IMG/VR virus record: IMGVR_UViG_3300020469_000010
Strand: one strand, 5' to 3'
Length of the DNA: 64,000 bases
From: a virus
Shown piece after piece: positions 36,901-46,400 of the stretch. The position numbers and the translations under genes were made by a program. How positions within the stretch are numbered: the first letter of the stretch is position 1; every line of letters starts with the position of its first letter. The notes beneath the pieces were generated by a model. The model saw only the letters and a program-made list of their open reading frames with translations. It was not told where the DNA came from and did not search any database.

Positions 36901-39051
36901 GTTTCCAGATTAGGTGAGGTTGATGTTTCAAATCTAGATTTGCCAGAATCTGAGCAAGTTCCGATTACGAAACAAGCAAATCTTGGTTCACTATTTAAAT
37001 CTCAGAACAGTTATACTTGGACACCAAGTCAATATGAAGATTTGAAGTATTCTCTCAATAGAGCAGAATTTACTGATCGAGGATCAATTAGTTTCTTTAA
37101 CCCAGATTTATCTAGAGGAAATGGACAAATTGCTATCTTGAAAAAAGATGCTCTCGTATCATCTTCTAGACAAATTGTTGTTGGACTTGGAACTACTGCT
37201 AATGGATTTGGTACTGAAATTGTACCAGGAAATACCGTTATACAAGATGATACTACTGGAACAGGTAACTTTGTAATGGGTCTCGGTATTGCTACCGGAA
37301 ATCTAACAGTAGTAAATGCTGGACTAGGTTTAACACCATCATCCGGGTTCTTCGATTATCCAGATGTAACTCTGACTAGGGTAACTGGTAGAGGTGAAAA
37401 TGCAGTTGCAGATATTCATGTTAATAACGGTGTGGCAGTTGCTGCAACTATTACCTTCGGTGGTAATGGATTTAAAGTCGGTGATATTGTAACTGGAATT
37501 GTTGGTGAAGGAGTTGGTAGAAATCTACAACTGTCAATTGCTGAGATTCATGGAATTAATGAACTTGTTATAGATCAAGTTCAAGGTGATTTCGTTGTTG
37601 GTACTGGAAAAACACTGCGTTATATCAATTCTTCTGGTGTAACTTCAGAATTCAGTGCAAATTCTACTGTAACTCTTGATACAACCCCCAGAATAATTAA
37701 TGACGGTTTACACATAAAAGTAAATCATCTAAATCATGGTATGCATTCTGGAACCAATAGAGTAAACATTGTTGATGTTGCTTCTGATATTCCATCTTCT
37801 GGTCTAGGAATTGATATTAATGAGACTCAAACAGTAGATCTTGAAGTAGGTGATGCAAGTCGTTATTCCACATTTGAAGGTATTGGGATTGGAACAACTA
37901 ATCCTGGTTACATTAAGATTGATAGTGAAATTATAGGATACACAACTATAACTGGAAATGTCATAGGTGGACTAACAAGAGGTGTTGATAACACCTCTGC
38001 AACTGGACATGAAAGTGGATCACTAGTTATGAAGTATGAATCTTGTGGAGTTTCTTTGAGAAGAATTAATAAAATTCATGATCTTCAAGATGCAACAGTT
38101 AATGAGGCACTTGGATTAGATCATTATAATATTCGTCTTGATATGAGTGCTGAAACTGGTGAGGATAGAACTGCTTCAAGTACTTTCCCAGAGTTGTTCT
38201 TGAATGAAACAAAATCATTCGGTGGAGTTGGAATTCAAGCATCACAGAACATTAGTTATGAAATCATGAAACCAATTATATCTACTATGACTCTCCAGAA
38301 AACTAATATTTCTGCTAGAGCAAGAACGGTAAGTTCAAGTAGTATAAGTGGAAACGAAGTTGCATTCATTGATCAAGGATATGAACAAATTTCCTTGGAT
38401 AAGGATAATTACTTCGAAACTCCTAGATTGGTTGCATCTAATGTAAATGCTGATAATCTTCTTACAAATGTTCCTGGACAAAAGTCCTTTGAAATTGAAC
38501 TAACACTAGACAGTTATGATAGTAGACTATCACCAATTGTTGACTTAGATAGGGTCGGTGCAATCTTTGTTTCTAACAGAGTTAATGAAGTAATTAGTGA
38601 TTATTCTTCTGATAGAAGAACTGCTTCAATTAAGGATGATCCAAATGCGTTCATTTATGCAACGAAACCAATTGAATTAGAAATTCCAGCAAATAACATA
38701 AGAGTTCTTGCTGCTGCTTATATTAATAATTTCTCTGACATTCGTGCATTCTATGCAATTACCAATAATCCAGATGAAGAGTTAATTTATTATCCCTTCC
38801 CAGGATTTAGTAATTTACTAGAAAGTGGTCAGGTTATTGATTCTAATAAGAATGATGGAACTTCAGACTCCTTTGTTTCACCTGTTGATAATAAAGGATT
38901 TGAATCAGTATCCTTGGCATTCAAAGATTATGAATTCACCATTGAAAACTTACCATCATTTAAGTTCTTCAGTGTGAAGATGGTGGCAACATCTAGAACT
39001 CAGTGTTACCCACCAAGAATCCGTGATTTCCGAGCAGTCGCATTTGCATAA
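30907..39051 (+). CDS. Large virion structural protein, VrlC/DUF4815-like (2714 aa)
   Basis: PYFDDFD...VQARELT; APGADR; LARRTFDESG; RFKSGFFVDNF; DPLAQSF. Confidence 0.85.
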   Translation: MPQLTNLNTFPYFDDFDKKSNYHKVLFKPGQPVQARELTTMQSILQNQIEQFGNHVFKDGSVVIPGTLSVRSKQYNIELERTFAGIDVFQYTDALTGVEIVGSESGVRGRVEVVDGNRLFVDILTSGNESEFSEFIVGESITTTDTVNITESNISSFPEGAEIGVIGNVFRGCIAKLTSGVFFLRGYFVEVEDSTVVISSEEPNPTCSIGFLINELLTDSFDDESLYDNSQGFINYAAPGADRLQIEVTLVTSYRGEFDDEFPQNYVEIAKVTNGTISSSKIENPSYNILGDELARRTFDESGHYYVKPFTLDVRESLRDFKGNNGIFNDSELTLFGQIPRDDIGIYDVSPGKAYIFGYEVDMSSNSLLDFSKPRETKQFEDQAITYVTGPTLSLNRSFGAPEVGVSTTYTLSLRDERVGATQTNAPGKEIGLARVYDYALESGSYETSNLDANIWDLALFDVVPFTDIVVNESIESVQTPTFIEGKASGAVGFLRYDVSNSGIITAYNVRGNFIKGEELVFDGNDSDRITIASTTYGISNVKSIFGQSGSGTFSADVRQSPEIALGPCKIDGSGVVTQAGRDFTKDFIVNDLVSYRTPGGARPTVNRVSAVTVDDITLAAVENVTGVSLGAVASNTDSIDIFKISTKIANTNTGDDNYLFTRLPKKVVSTVDTSNSELSFRKRFDTTVTPDATGGRITILPSQLGSTETFLPFDEERYIVINTNGQTEALTQDKFTITSGNKELIIRGLSVTGSAVLIATLKTNDVEPITKLRNRLEAITVSKSKLPGSGIGATTLNDGLEYGNYPYGTRVQDKDICLLQPDVMKLHGVFESSTEGEAEIPNLILRDIDSFNGSAEDILIGEEIIGSESGCVAIISDVIDSANVEFIVINDKEFIFDEKINCQETEITATIDAITPGDNNITNQFTLVRGTNNTIYDYSRIVRDSSSAEPIKSLRIFYEYASLDSNESGCYMSVDSYFQFDYKDIGNTNGIRHSDIIDIRPRVDQYIVEENKRSPFEFLGRDFFNDQNDNLKILASDESLTFDYQIYLPRIDKIYLNKDKIFQLSRGVSAENPEEPSLIEDAIEVARIVLPAYLFNTSDAKLSLSTYKRYQMRDIAGLEDRIKNLEYYTSLSLLEQSTANLEIKDSAGTDRFKSGFFVDNFTTTTNQIKLGAKNSIDPRTKELRPAAYTTQLDLLLGSTELTGVGGEKNLNADPRYVTDLIGEDIRRSTVDPNGNAGSDGMGIITLDYEEIELISQDTATRVVNAAPYFVTFYKGTITLNPSSDIWVEQSRVETQTVEGLIGGYSVTNIEAKPSDLDPQAGWSPILWGGWNEEWTGKKVTNNSVRDKASSIDDGVKVTASTTIVSQTTTNTGTATQQGLSTQIETVPGNNINLGDKIIASNVSSFLRSRNIEVLARRLKPLTRMYAFFSGINVTNYCIPKLIEIEMIGGTFRVGETVESTTRTPGIIEDKPYIKFRVAQPRHRNGAYNDPIDGYGTSPYNGADLPEDYSVSSKLLNVDLTSLCLQAQGDFYGYISPGMTLVGKSSGARARISNVRLVSDNTGSLFASFYIPNSNSKTAPRFKSGNNTLKIQDNANLNAISGTLNSATEGTYFSQGTIEQVQGSIISTRNVEVTNAYTTQSQAIFDEQTTITGVDVDLTVSVTPQPIPRPIPQPKPQPKPQPTPKPQPQPRPRPTPKPKPQPKALPPVPNPKPEPRPQPLAPQPKPAIPPKVQPKPRPQPKASKPPKPRPKPKATFKPPKSRQKDDSNPRPLPPKAKPVKPVPNPKPKAVANPPKPKPKPHATPKPQPKPNPNPKPNPPPPVVAPKKPPTNPKPKPKKPKPIPIPKPKPKNPKPKPKKPKPIPIPKPRPVGDRPGDEPTPRPPAFVEPPEDYDDPLAQSFFVGGENYKTGVFVTSASLYFKTTSDAESCFVQLRPMVNGLPSHKAYPMSNVVLQGADVVISEDASVPTIVTFPSPIYLEGNKEHCIVVGSRSTAFNLWVSRLGEVDVSNLDLPESEQVPITKQANLGSLFKSQNSYTWTPSQYEDLKYSLNRAEFTDRGSISFFNPDLSRGNGQIAILKKDALVSSSRQIVVGLGTTANGFGTEIVPGNTVIQDDTTGTGNFVMGLGIATGNLTVVNAGLGLTPSSGFFDYPDVTLTRVTGRGENAVADIHVNNGVAVAATITFGGNGFKVGDIVTGIVGEGVGRNLQLSIAEIHGINELVIDQVQGDFVVGTGKTLRYINSSGVTSEFSANSTVTLDTTPRIINDGLHIKVNHLNHGMHSGTNRVNIVDVASDIPSSGLGIDINETQTVDLEVGDASRYSTFEGIGIGTTNPGYIKIDSEIIGYTTITGNVIGGLTRGVDNTSATGHESGSLVMKYESCGVSLRRINKIHDLQDATVNEALGLDHYNIRLDMSAETGEDRTASSTFPELFLNETKSFGGVGIQASQNISYEIMKPIISTMTLQKTNISARARTVSSSSISGNEVAFIDQGYEQISLDKDNYFETPRLVASNVNADNLLTNVPGQKSFEIELTLDSYDSRLSPIVDLDRVGAIFVSNRVNEVISDYSSDRRTASIKDDPNAFIYATKPIELEIPANNIRVLAAAYINNFSDIRAFYAITNNPDEELIYYPFPGFSNLLESGQVIDSNKNDGTSDSFVSPVDNKGFESVSLAFKDYEFTIENLPSFKFFSVKMVATSRTQCYPPRIRDFRAVAFA
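35893..36575 (+). repeat. Low-complexity Pro/Lys/Gln coding tract with a 60-bp-period duplication (36397-36448 / 36457-36508)
   Basis: About 225 aa of PKP/PQP/PRP; duplicated unit 51/52 identical. Confidence 0.9.
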
Positions 39052-39052
39052 A

Positions 39053-39274
39053 ATGAGAAAAATAAAAGTTGAAAATAATCAGAATCTCTATCGAGATTCT
39101 GATACCAATGCTATCATTAATACTAATAAAACTGAATATAAAAATTATATGAATTCGTTGAAGCATAGGAGAAAAGAAATCTCAAAAATACAACAACTTG
39201 AAGATGATGTTAGTTTAGTCAAACATGATCTTCAAGAAATCAAGGATTTATTAAGATGTCTAATCAAAGAATAA
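39053..39274 (+). CDS. Small conserved coiled-coil protein
   Basis: IKVE...LYRD..TNAIIN motif; C-terminal heptads. Confidence 0.8.
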   Translation: MRKIKVENNQNLYRDSDTNAIINTNKTEYKNYMNSLKHRRKEISKIQQLEDDVSLVKHDLQEIKDLLRCLIKE

Positions 39275-39642
39275 CATTCAATCCTCAAGTAAATGTTCCT
39301 TATGGAGTGAATCTGACTATTTTTCCTGGATCAGATTTTCAAGCAAATTTTAGTGCTTATGATATTAATAGTGGAAGATTTAATTTTAACTCTTGGTCTG
39401 GATCATCTCAATTAGCAAAAAGTGTATCCATTGGTTCGTCGATGTATGCACAAGGAACATTTAATTTTAGTTTTACAAGTGCATCAAATGGTGAATTTAA
39501 AATTGCCATGGGATCAACAGAAACTAGAAACCTCAAAGAAGGTAGATATTACTATGATGTTTTAGTAAGTTCTGGAACTACTGTATATAAAATTGTAGAT
39601 GGTAATATTTTAATTAGACCAGGTATTTCTTCTGCTCCATAA
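39256..39642 (+). CDS. Putative structural protein
   Basis: GRYYYDVLV...KIVDG.I motif. Confidence 0.75.
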   Translation: MSNQRITFNPQVNVPYGVNLTIFPGSDFQANFSAYDINSGRFNFNSWSGSSQLAKSVSIGSSMYAQGTFNFSFTSASNGEFKIAMGSTETRNLKEGRYYYDVLVSSGTTVYKIVDGNILIRPGISSAP

Positions 39643-39664
39643 ATAATTTTAAAGTCAAAATAAA

Positions 39665-40507
39665 ATGGCACAACCAGCATCTAGACAAGATTTAATTGAT
39701 TATACTAAAAGGCAGTTAGGTGCTCCTGTGTTGGAAATCAATGTTGCGGATGAGCAACTAGATGATTTAGTTGATGATGCTTTGCAATATTTTCATGAAA
39801 GACATTTTGATGGTGTCATAAGAACGTATTTAAAATATAAGATAACACAGGATGATATTGATAGGGGAAGATCTAGAGGTAGTTCAACAGTTTCTGGAAT
39901 TACTACAGAGACTGTTACTCAAACTGTAGGATCAACTACATCATTTGCTTTTGAAGAAAATTCAAATTATTTACCAGTTCCACCTTCTGTTACTGGTGTA
40001 AACAAAATTTTTAGAATTCAATCGTCATCCGCAACTAGTGGATCGATGTTTAGTGTTAAATATCAATTATTTTTAAATGATCTCTACTACTGGGATTCAA
40101 TTGATCTTTTGCAATATACAATGGTTCAGACAAAATTATCTGACATTGATTACTTATTAAATCCATTAAAGCATTTTAGATTTAATCAAAGACAAGATCG
40201 TCTTTATATTGATATGGACTGGAGTACTCTGAGTCCTGATGATTATCTGGTTATTGATGCTTGGAGATTATTAGATCCAAATTCATATTCTCAAGTTTGG
40301 AATGATTCTTTCTTAAAACTTTATCTAACTGCTCTTGTTAAAAGACAATGGGGTCAAAATCTTATGAAATTCCAGGGTGTAAAACTACCTGGTGGTGTAG
40401 AACTTAATGGTCGTCAAATGTATGACGATGCAGAAAGAGAACTTGAAAGAATCAGAGAGAAGATGTCATCTACTTATGAACTTCCACCTCTAGACATGAT
40501 TGGTTGA
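39665..40507 (+). CDS. gp13: Neck protein gp13
   Basis: LGAPVLEINV...HFDG; KRQWGQNL.KF.G..LPGG. Confidence 0.93.
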   Translation: MAQPASRQDLIDYTKRQLGAPVLEINVADEQLDDLVDDALQYFHERHFDGVIRTYLKYKITQDDIDRGRSRGSSTVSGITTETVTQTVGSTTSFAFEENSNYLPVPPSVTGVNKIFRIQSSSATSGSMFSVKYQLFLNDLYYWDSIDLLQYTMVQTKLSDIDYLLNPLKHFRFNQRQDRLYIDMDWSTLSPDDYLVIDAWRLLDPNSYSQVWNDSFLKLYLTALVKRQWGQNLMKFQGVKLPGGVELNGRQMYDDAERELERIREKMSSTYELPPLDMIG

Positions 40508-40511
40508 TAAC

Positions 40512-41960
40512 ATGTTAAATCCGTATTTTCAGCAAGGTTCACGCAGTGAACAAAATTTAGTTCAAGATTTGATTAATGAACAATTGAAAATGTATGGTGT
40601 TGAAGTATATTATATTCCTAGACAATATCTTACTAAAACAACCGTAATAGAAGAAGTAATTCAATCAGAATTCAATAATGCATATCCTATAGAAGCATAT
40701 GTCAACAATTATGATGGATATGACGGGCAAGGAACAATATTATCCAAATTTGGTATTCAAGATCTAGATGATTTGACATTAATTATATCAAGAGATAGAT
40801 ACGAAAACTATATTACACCTTTAATTAAAGATCTTCCAAATATTGAATTAGCAACTAGACCAAAAGAAGGTGATCTAATCTATTTCCCATTTGGTGATAG
40901 ATTATTTGAGATTAAATTTGTTGAGCATGAGCAACCCTTTTATCAACTCCAGAAAAATTATGTTTATGAATTGAGGTGTGAACTCTTCAGATATTCCTCA
41001 GAAGTTGTTAATACTGGTGTAGAAGAGATTGATGATAATCTCAAAGATCAAGGGTATATTCAAACATATAGAGTATCTGGTATTGGACAAACTGCTGCTG
41101 CATTTACCGGTATTGTAAATGGAGCCCTATCACTATTTACATTCTCAGATAAAGGATATGGATTTAATGCTCCTGTAACCTTAGGGTTATCTACAGCTCC
41201 TAGTGATGGTGTGAATGCAGTTGGTGTTGTCACTGGAAGAACTACATTTGGTTCTGGTGGAGATCAATTCCTTACTATACAAGGTGTTGAATTAGTCAAT
41301 CCTGGAGCAGGTTATACAGTTGCCCCATTAGTTACATTTACAGGAAAAACAACTGGTGTTGGTGCTGCGGCAACTGTTGGAATTATTGATGAAGGTGCTG
41401 TTGGTATTGTAACTATAACTGATGTTGGATCAAATTATGTCGAAGAACCAACTATAACATTCTCTTCACCACCTGGAGCAGGAACCACTGCAACTGGTAG
41501 AGCAATTATATCTTCCAGCAATACTATTTCTATAGTAAGAATTACTAATCCTGGTTCTGGATATACTGTTGCACCATCAATTACTTTTGCTCAACCCAAT
41601 GAAATTGGAAGTGGAAATTTTGAATTTAATGAGACTGTAACAGGATCTTCAGGAAATACTGGTATTGTTAAATCTTGGAATGTTGGCACAAAAGATCTAA
41701 GACTTTCAAACTTAACTGGAGATTTTATTAATGGAGAAGTTATTACTGGAAAAAATTCTGGAGCACAACACAGAATTGTAATACTAAATACTATCACAGA
41801 TAATCCATTAATTTCTGACAATACTTATAATATTGCCGAAGAATCTTCTACGACTGAAGAAACAAATCCATCAAGTGCTTATGATGAAAATGTTCGAATT
41901 CAATCTGAAGGAGATGATATTTTAGATTTCACAGAGAAAAATCCATTTGGAAGAGTTTAA
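40512..41960 (+). CDS. gp14: Neck protein gp14
   Basis: EQNLVQDLINEQ; RPKEGDLIYFP; FYQLQK.YVY.L.CELF; DFTEKNPFG. Confidence 0.92.
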   Translation: MLNPYFQQGSRSEQNLVQDLINEQLKMYGVEVYYIPRQYLTKTTVIEEVIQSEFNNAYPIEAYVNNYDGYDGQGTILSKFGIQDLDDLTLIISRDRYENYITPLIKDLPNIELATRPKEGDLIYFPFGDRLFEIKFVEHEQPFYQLQKNYVYELRCELFRYSSEVVNTGVEEIDDNLKDQGYIQTYRVSGIGQTAAAFTGIVNGALSLFTFSDKGYGFNAPVTLGLSTAPSDGVNAVGVVTGRTTFGSGGDQFLTIQGVELVNPGAGYTVAPLVTFTGKTTGVGAAATVGIIDEGAVGIVTITDVGSNYVEEPTITFSSPPGAGTTATGRAIISSSNTISIVRITNPGSGYTVAPSITFAQPNEIGSGNFEFNETVTGSSGNTGIVKSWNVGTKDLRLSNLTGDFINGEVITGKNSGAQHRIVILNTITDNPLISDNTYNIAEESSTTEETNPSSAYDENVRIQSEGDDILDFTEKNPFGRV

Positions 41961-41977
41961 TTTAAGAGAATACCATT

Positions 41978-42991
41978 ATGTTTGATTATTTTTACCACGA
42001 AATATTAAGAAAAACTATCATTGGGTTTGGTACGCTCTTTAACGATATTATTATAAAAACTACAAATAGTGCTGGTGAAGTAACGTCAACAGAAAAAGTT
42101 CCACTTGCATATGCACCTCAACAAAAATTTCTTGCAAGATTAGAACAATCTGAAGATTTAAATAAGGCAACTCAAATAACATTACCAAGAATGTCATTTG
42201 AGTTTACTGGGTTGCAATATGATTCATCTAGAAAAGTAACTACAACTCAAAAATTTGTTAGTCCTTCACCAACTGGTGATGGTACGATTAAAAAATCGTT
42301 CATGCCAGTTCCATATAATATGGAATTTGAATTGAATATTTACGCAAAATTGAACGATGATGCTCTTCAAATTGTAGAGCAAATTTTACCATACTTTCAA
42401 CCTTCATATAATCTAACTATAACTTTAGTATCAGATATCAATGAAAAAAGAGATATTCCAATTATTTTAGAGGGAATATCAATAGATGATCAATATGAAG
42501 GTAATTTTGATAATAGAAGAGCATTAATTTATACAATAAGATTTAGTGCTAAGACATATCTATTCGGTCCTGTTGCAAGAGATGTATCTGCAAATATTAT
42601 CAAGAAAGCAGATGTTGGATACTATGCAAGTTCAACTAGTGGAGATAAAAATAATAGAGATGTCACATATTCTACTGTTCCTAAAGCACTAGAAGAACTT
42701 GATAATGGTGTATTGACAACAACCACATCTGACATTAGTAAAACTGACGAGACTGTTCAACTTAGATCAATAGCAAATATAACAGAGGAAACATATATTT
42801 CTATTAATAGTGAAGTCTTATTCGTTAAACAAAAATCTGATTCAGAAAATAAAATTCTTGTCAGAAGAGCACAAAATGGAACTACAGCAAGATCTCATGT
42901 TTCTGGTACAAATGTGACCGAAATTACATCTGGAGATAATGCATTGGTTGAACTTGGTGATGATTTTGGATTTGATGGAGGATTTATTTGA
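41978..42991 (+). CDS. gp15: Tail sheath stabiliser gp15
   Basis: YFYHEILRK...VPLAY.P; TLPRMSFE; QIVEQILPYFQP. Confidence 0.92.
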   Translation: MFDYFYHEILRKTIIGFGTLFNDIIIKTTNSAGEVTSTEKVPLAYAPQQKFLARLEQSEDLNKATQITLPRMSFEFTGLQYDSSRKVTTTQKFVSPSPTGDGTIKKSFMPVPYNMEFELNIYAKLNDDALQIVEQILPYFQPSYNLTITLVSDINEKRDIPIILEGISIDDQYEGNFDNRRALIYTIRFSAKTYLFGPVARDVSANIIKKADVGYYASSTSGDKNNRDVTYSTVPKALEELDNGVLTTTTSDISKTDETVQLRSIANITEETYISINSEVLFVKQKSDSENKILVRRAQNGTTARSHVSGTNVTEITSGDNALVELGDDFGFDGGFI

Positions 42992-43452
42992 TGTCTAAAC
43001 TAGATGAAACTTTTAATGTATCCTCACCAGAACCTGATGAGGATAAATCTGATGTTGTGGATATAAATGCGGAAATTGTAGAATCTACAAACGAAAATAT
43101 TAGTTTAGAAAAAACAGAGGATACTGAAAAAGATTATGAATATACTAGAGGAAATCTCTATTCTTTAATTGAAAAAGGACAAGAAGCAATAAATGGTATT
43201 CTTGAACTTGCACAAGAAACCGAGCAACCAAGAGCATATGAAGTTGCTGGATTGTTAATAAAAAATGTTTCTGATGCAACTGATAAATTATTGGATTTGC
43301 AGAAAAAAATGAATGATTTGGATCAATCTACCAAAAAACAAAATCCAACAACAGTTAATAATGCGTTATTTGTTGGATCGACAGCAGAACTGTCAAAACT
43401 TTTGAATAGTAAGTCATTTAAAAATATACAAAACGAAACCTTGAATAAATAG
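42991..43452 (+). CDS. gp16: Terminase small subunit gp16
   Basis: DYEYTRGNLY...PRAYEV...NNALFVGSTAEL. Confidence 0.92.
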   Translation: MSKLDETFNVSSPEPDEDKSDVVDINAEIVESTNENISLEKTEDTEKDYEYTRGNLYSLIEKGQEAINGILELAQETEQPRAYEVAGLLIKNVSDATDKLLDLQKKMNDLDQSTKKQNPTTVNNALFVGSTAELSKLLNSKSFKNIQNETLNK

Positions 43453-43490
43453 ACTGAGAAGGTTTTTGAATAAGCTAAAAAGGAGTTGAA

Positions 43491-46400
43491 ATGGGTATTT
43501 CTACCATTCGTCTTAAAAGATCTTTTTCTCAAGGATCTCAACCAACAATTGAGCAACTGACTGATGGTGAATTAGCCATTAATCATTTTGATGGTACTGT
43601 CTTTGTAAAGCAAGACACTCAAGGTGTTGGTATTAATACTAGAGTCGTACAAGTTGGTGCAGGTAAAAGTATTGGACGTACTTTCTTTGTTATTCAACAA
43701 GGAGATGATAATAATTTAGGATTAACGCAAGCAGATGGATTGGCATCCATTAAGAGAGCATCTCAACTTGCACAACCAGGTGATACTATTAAAGTTTCTG
43801 CTGGAATATATGTTGAAGATAATCCAATTATTCTTAGAGATAATGTATCTGTAGAAGGATTTGAATTAAGAAACTGCTATGTTGCACCAAATAATCCAGA
43901 TCAAGATTTATTTCATATCAATAATGCATGTCACTTAACTGACTTGGCATTTATTGGTAAAGGTGCAGATATTGGTGGTGGTTCTAAAGGTGTTCCTGCT
44001 GGTGGATCTGAACCAGGATTCCTCGGAGGACCAGTAGACTCTGGAGTTGCTGTTGTAGCATTTGTTCCACTTAAAGGTGTTTCGGGAGACAGATATTTTG
44101 ATGCCGCAAGACTGATTCGACAGAATGCGGATTATATTGCTGGTGAAGCAGTTGGATTTTTAACTAGTGGTTTTAGTGGTATTGCTGGTTCTCATAGAGC
44201 ACAAGATGCTGCAAGACTTATTGATCTAAATGCAGAATTTATTGCAGCAGAGGCAGTAGGATTTATCACTAGTGTAAATTATGTTGGTGGTGCATTCTCA
44301 ATGTCATTCGGTACAGCAACAGACTGTAAGGATGACGTTCATGATGTTTTAGAGGTAGTAGCACATGATTTAAGAGCAGGATATAGGGCAGGAGTTCAGG
44401 CAAATAAGAAAACTGTAGGTGCTGCACAGTCATATTTTGTTGGTGGAGCACTATCTCACATTCTAGGTGCTGGAGTTTCTGAAGCAACGATTGCTGCAAT
44501 GGATCGTGCTGCTGGTATTGCAACCTTTGTTATCAATAACAAACCATATGGATTTGAAACTACTGGTGCTGGTGTTGCTGTAAGTGCATTTGATTATACT
44601 GCAAATACTGGTGTTGCTACAGTTACAACCACAGTCGGTCATGGATTGAGCACTACAGACCATGTTGAATTTGCTGGATTAGCATTTACATGTGCAACAG
44701 AACATGCTGGTGTTACTACAACAATTTTCCCAGATGGTTTTGCTCCTTCTGGTCATATTTTCAAAATTGATGCTAGTGGAACATTTAATGAGAGTCAGTT
44801 TGTTATTAATGCTGGTATCTCTACTATTCAAACATTCTATACAGCAAGTTCTGGAACAGCAAAAACTGTCACACAATACAGTCCATTTGAGCAACAATTT
44901 GATACTGGAGCAGCTGCAGGAACACCTCTTCGTGGTGAAAATGTAGTTGGTGGTGTAAAGGAAACAGTTACAAATGCAACTTATGACCCTGCTACTGGTT
45001 TAACAGTATTAACTATAGGTTCACATAAACATACCGTTGGTAATAGTATCAGAATTCCTCTAGAAGCATTAGTCTTTACTTGTTCTCAAGATGGTGGTGT
45101 TTCTGAGCATAAGTATCCTCGTGCTACAGACCCTGCTAATGGAAATGATCTTCAAATACTTTCAACAACTGGTACAACTATAACAGTTAATACTGGTGCT
45201 TCTGGTCCATCCGATCAATATGCACACACATTTGTTCGTGCAGAGAAAAGGATTATTGTTGGTGGTGGACTTTGCCTCAATGTTATCAAAGATATTAAGA
45301 ATCTAGTCGGCATTATAACCAGTGCTATTGGTGCAGGCAATACAGGTAGTCTTCCTGGAATTACAACTGGTGTAAGACTAGAGCAGAATAAGTGTCGTAG
45401 GGATGTTACTAAAATTCTTAAGGCTGTTTGTTATGATATCACCCGTGGTGGTAACACCAAAGTCATTGGTGCTGCAAAGTCATATTTCGATGATCAAGGA
45501 AATAGACTTTCCGCACTTTTGGTAGATCCTGACGAATTTGAACAATCTGTTATTGCAGTAGAATATACTAAAGATTTGTGCAGAAGAATTGTTAATAATG
45601 TAAGGGATGGTTCTTATACAATTGGAACAGCCTTCCATGTTTCTGATGCATTGTATTCTCCAACATCAGGTATCATGACTGTTACCACTCAAGTCGGTAA
45701 TGGATTAACTGCTGGAAATACTATTAAACTTTCTGGATTAGGATTTAGTTGTGGTGCTCATAATAATGAAATTTCTATAACCGATTTCCAGTATGACAGA
45801 CAATCTGGTTTTAGTACTATCTTTGTAAGTTCAGATCACGGATTAAGTTCTGGTGATGAATTTGAACTTCGTAATATTAAAATGAATTGTGGTGATTCTG
45901 GTACTGGTCCAGTTGTTAATGTAACAGCAGCAGCATATGATGAAGCACTAGGTGATATTGTTATAACAACTTCTGCAGCACATGGAGCACACATAGGAAA
46001 AACAATACAAGTTAAGAATCTTGAATTTAGTTGTGCTGCAGAACATGCTGGTGTTACTACAACAATTTTCCCAGATGGAACTGGAACAAGTAACTTTATT
46101 CAGGGTTATGGTAAAGATGTATTTTTAGTTACTGCAACACCATCAACAACTCAATTTAAAATTAATGTAGGTATATCCACAATTGCTCATAGTTATGTTT
46201 CTGGTGGTACTGCACAAGCAGGTATAACTACATCAATTTATCCAGATGGTGTACAAGGTGGTGGTGATGCAATCTTTGATGCATATGTTGGTACTGGTGG
46301 AACAGTTATCTTTACAAATGTAGGTATCTCTACAATTGAACATACCTATGATTCTGGAGGTCAAGTAAGGATAGGTGTTACTACATCTGTTTTCCCAGAT

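Noticed and set aside
44698-46078. Fibre repeats as a diversity-generating retroelement TR/VR pair
   Set aside because: Copies are identical with no adenine-specific mismatches, and there is no reverse transcriptase in the window.
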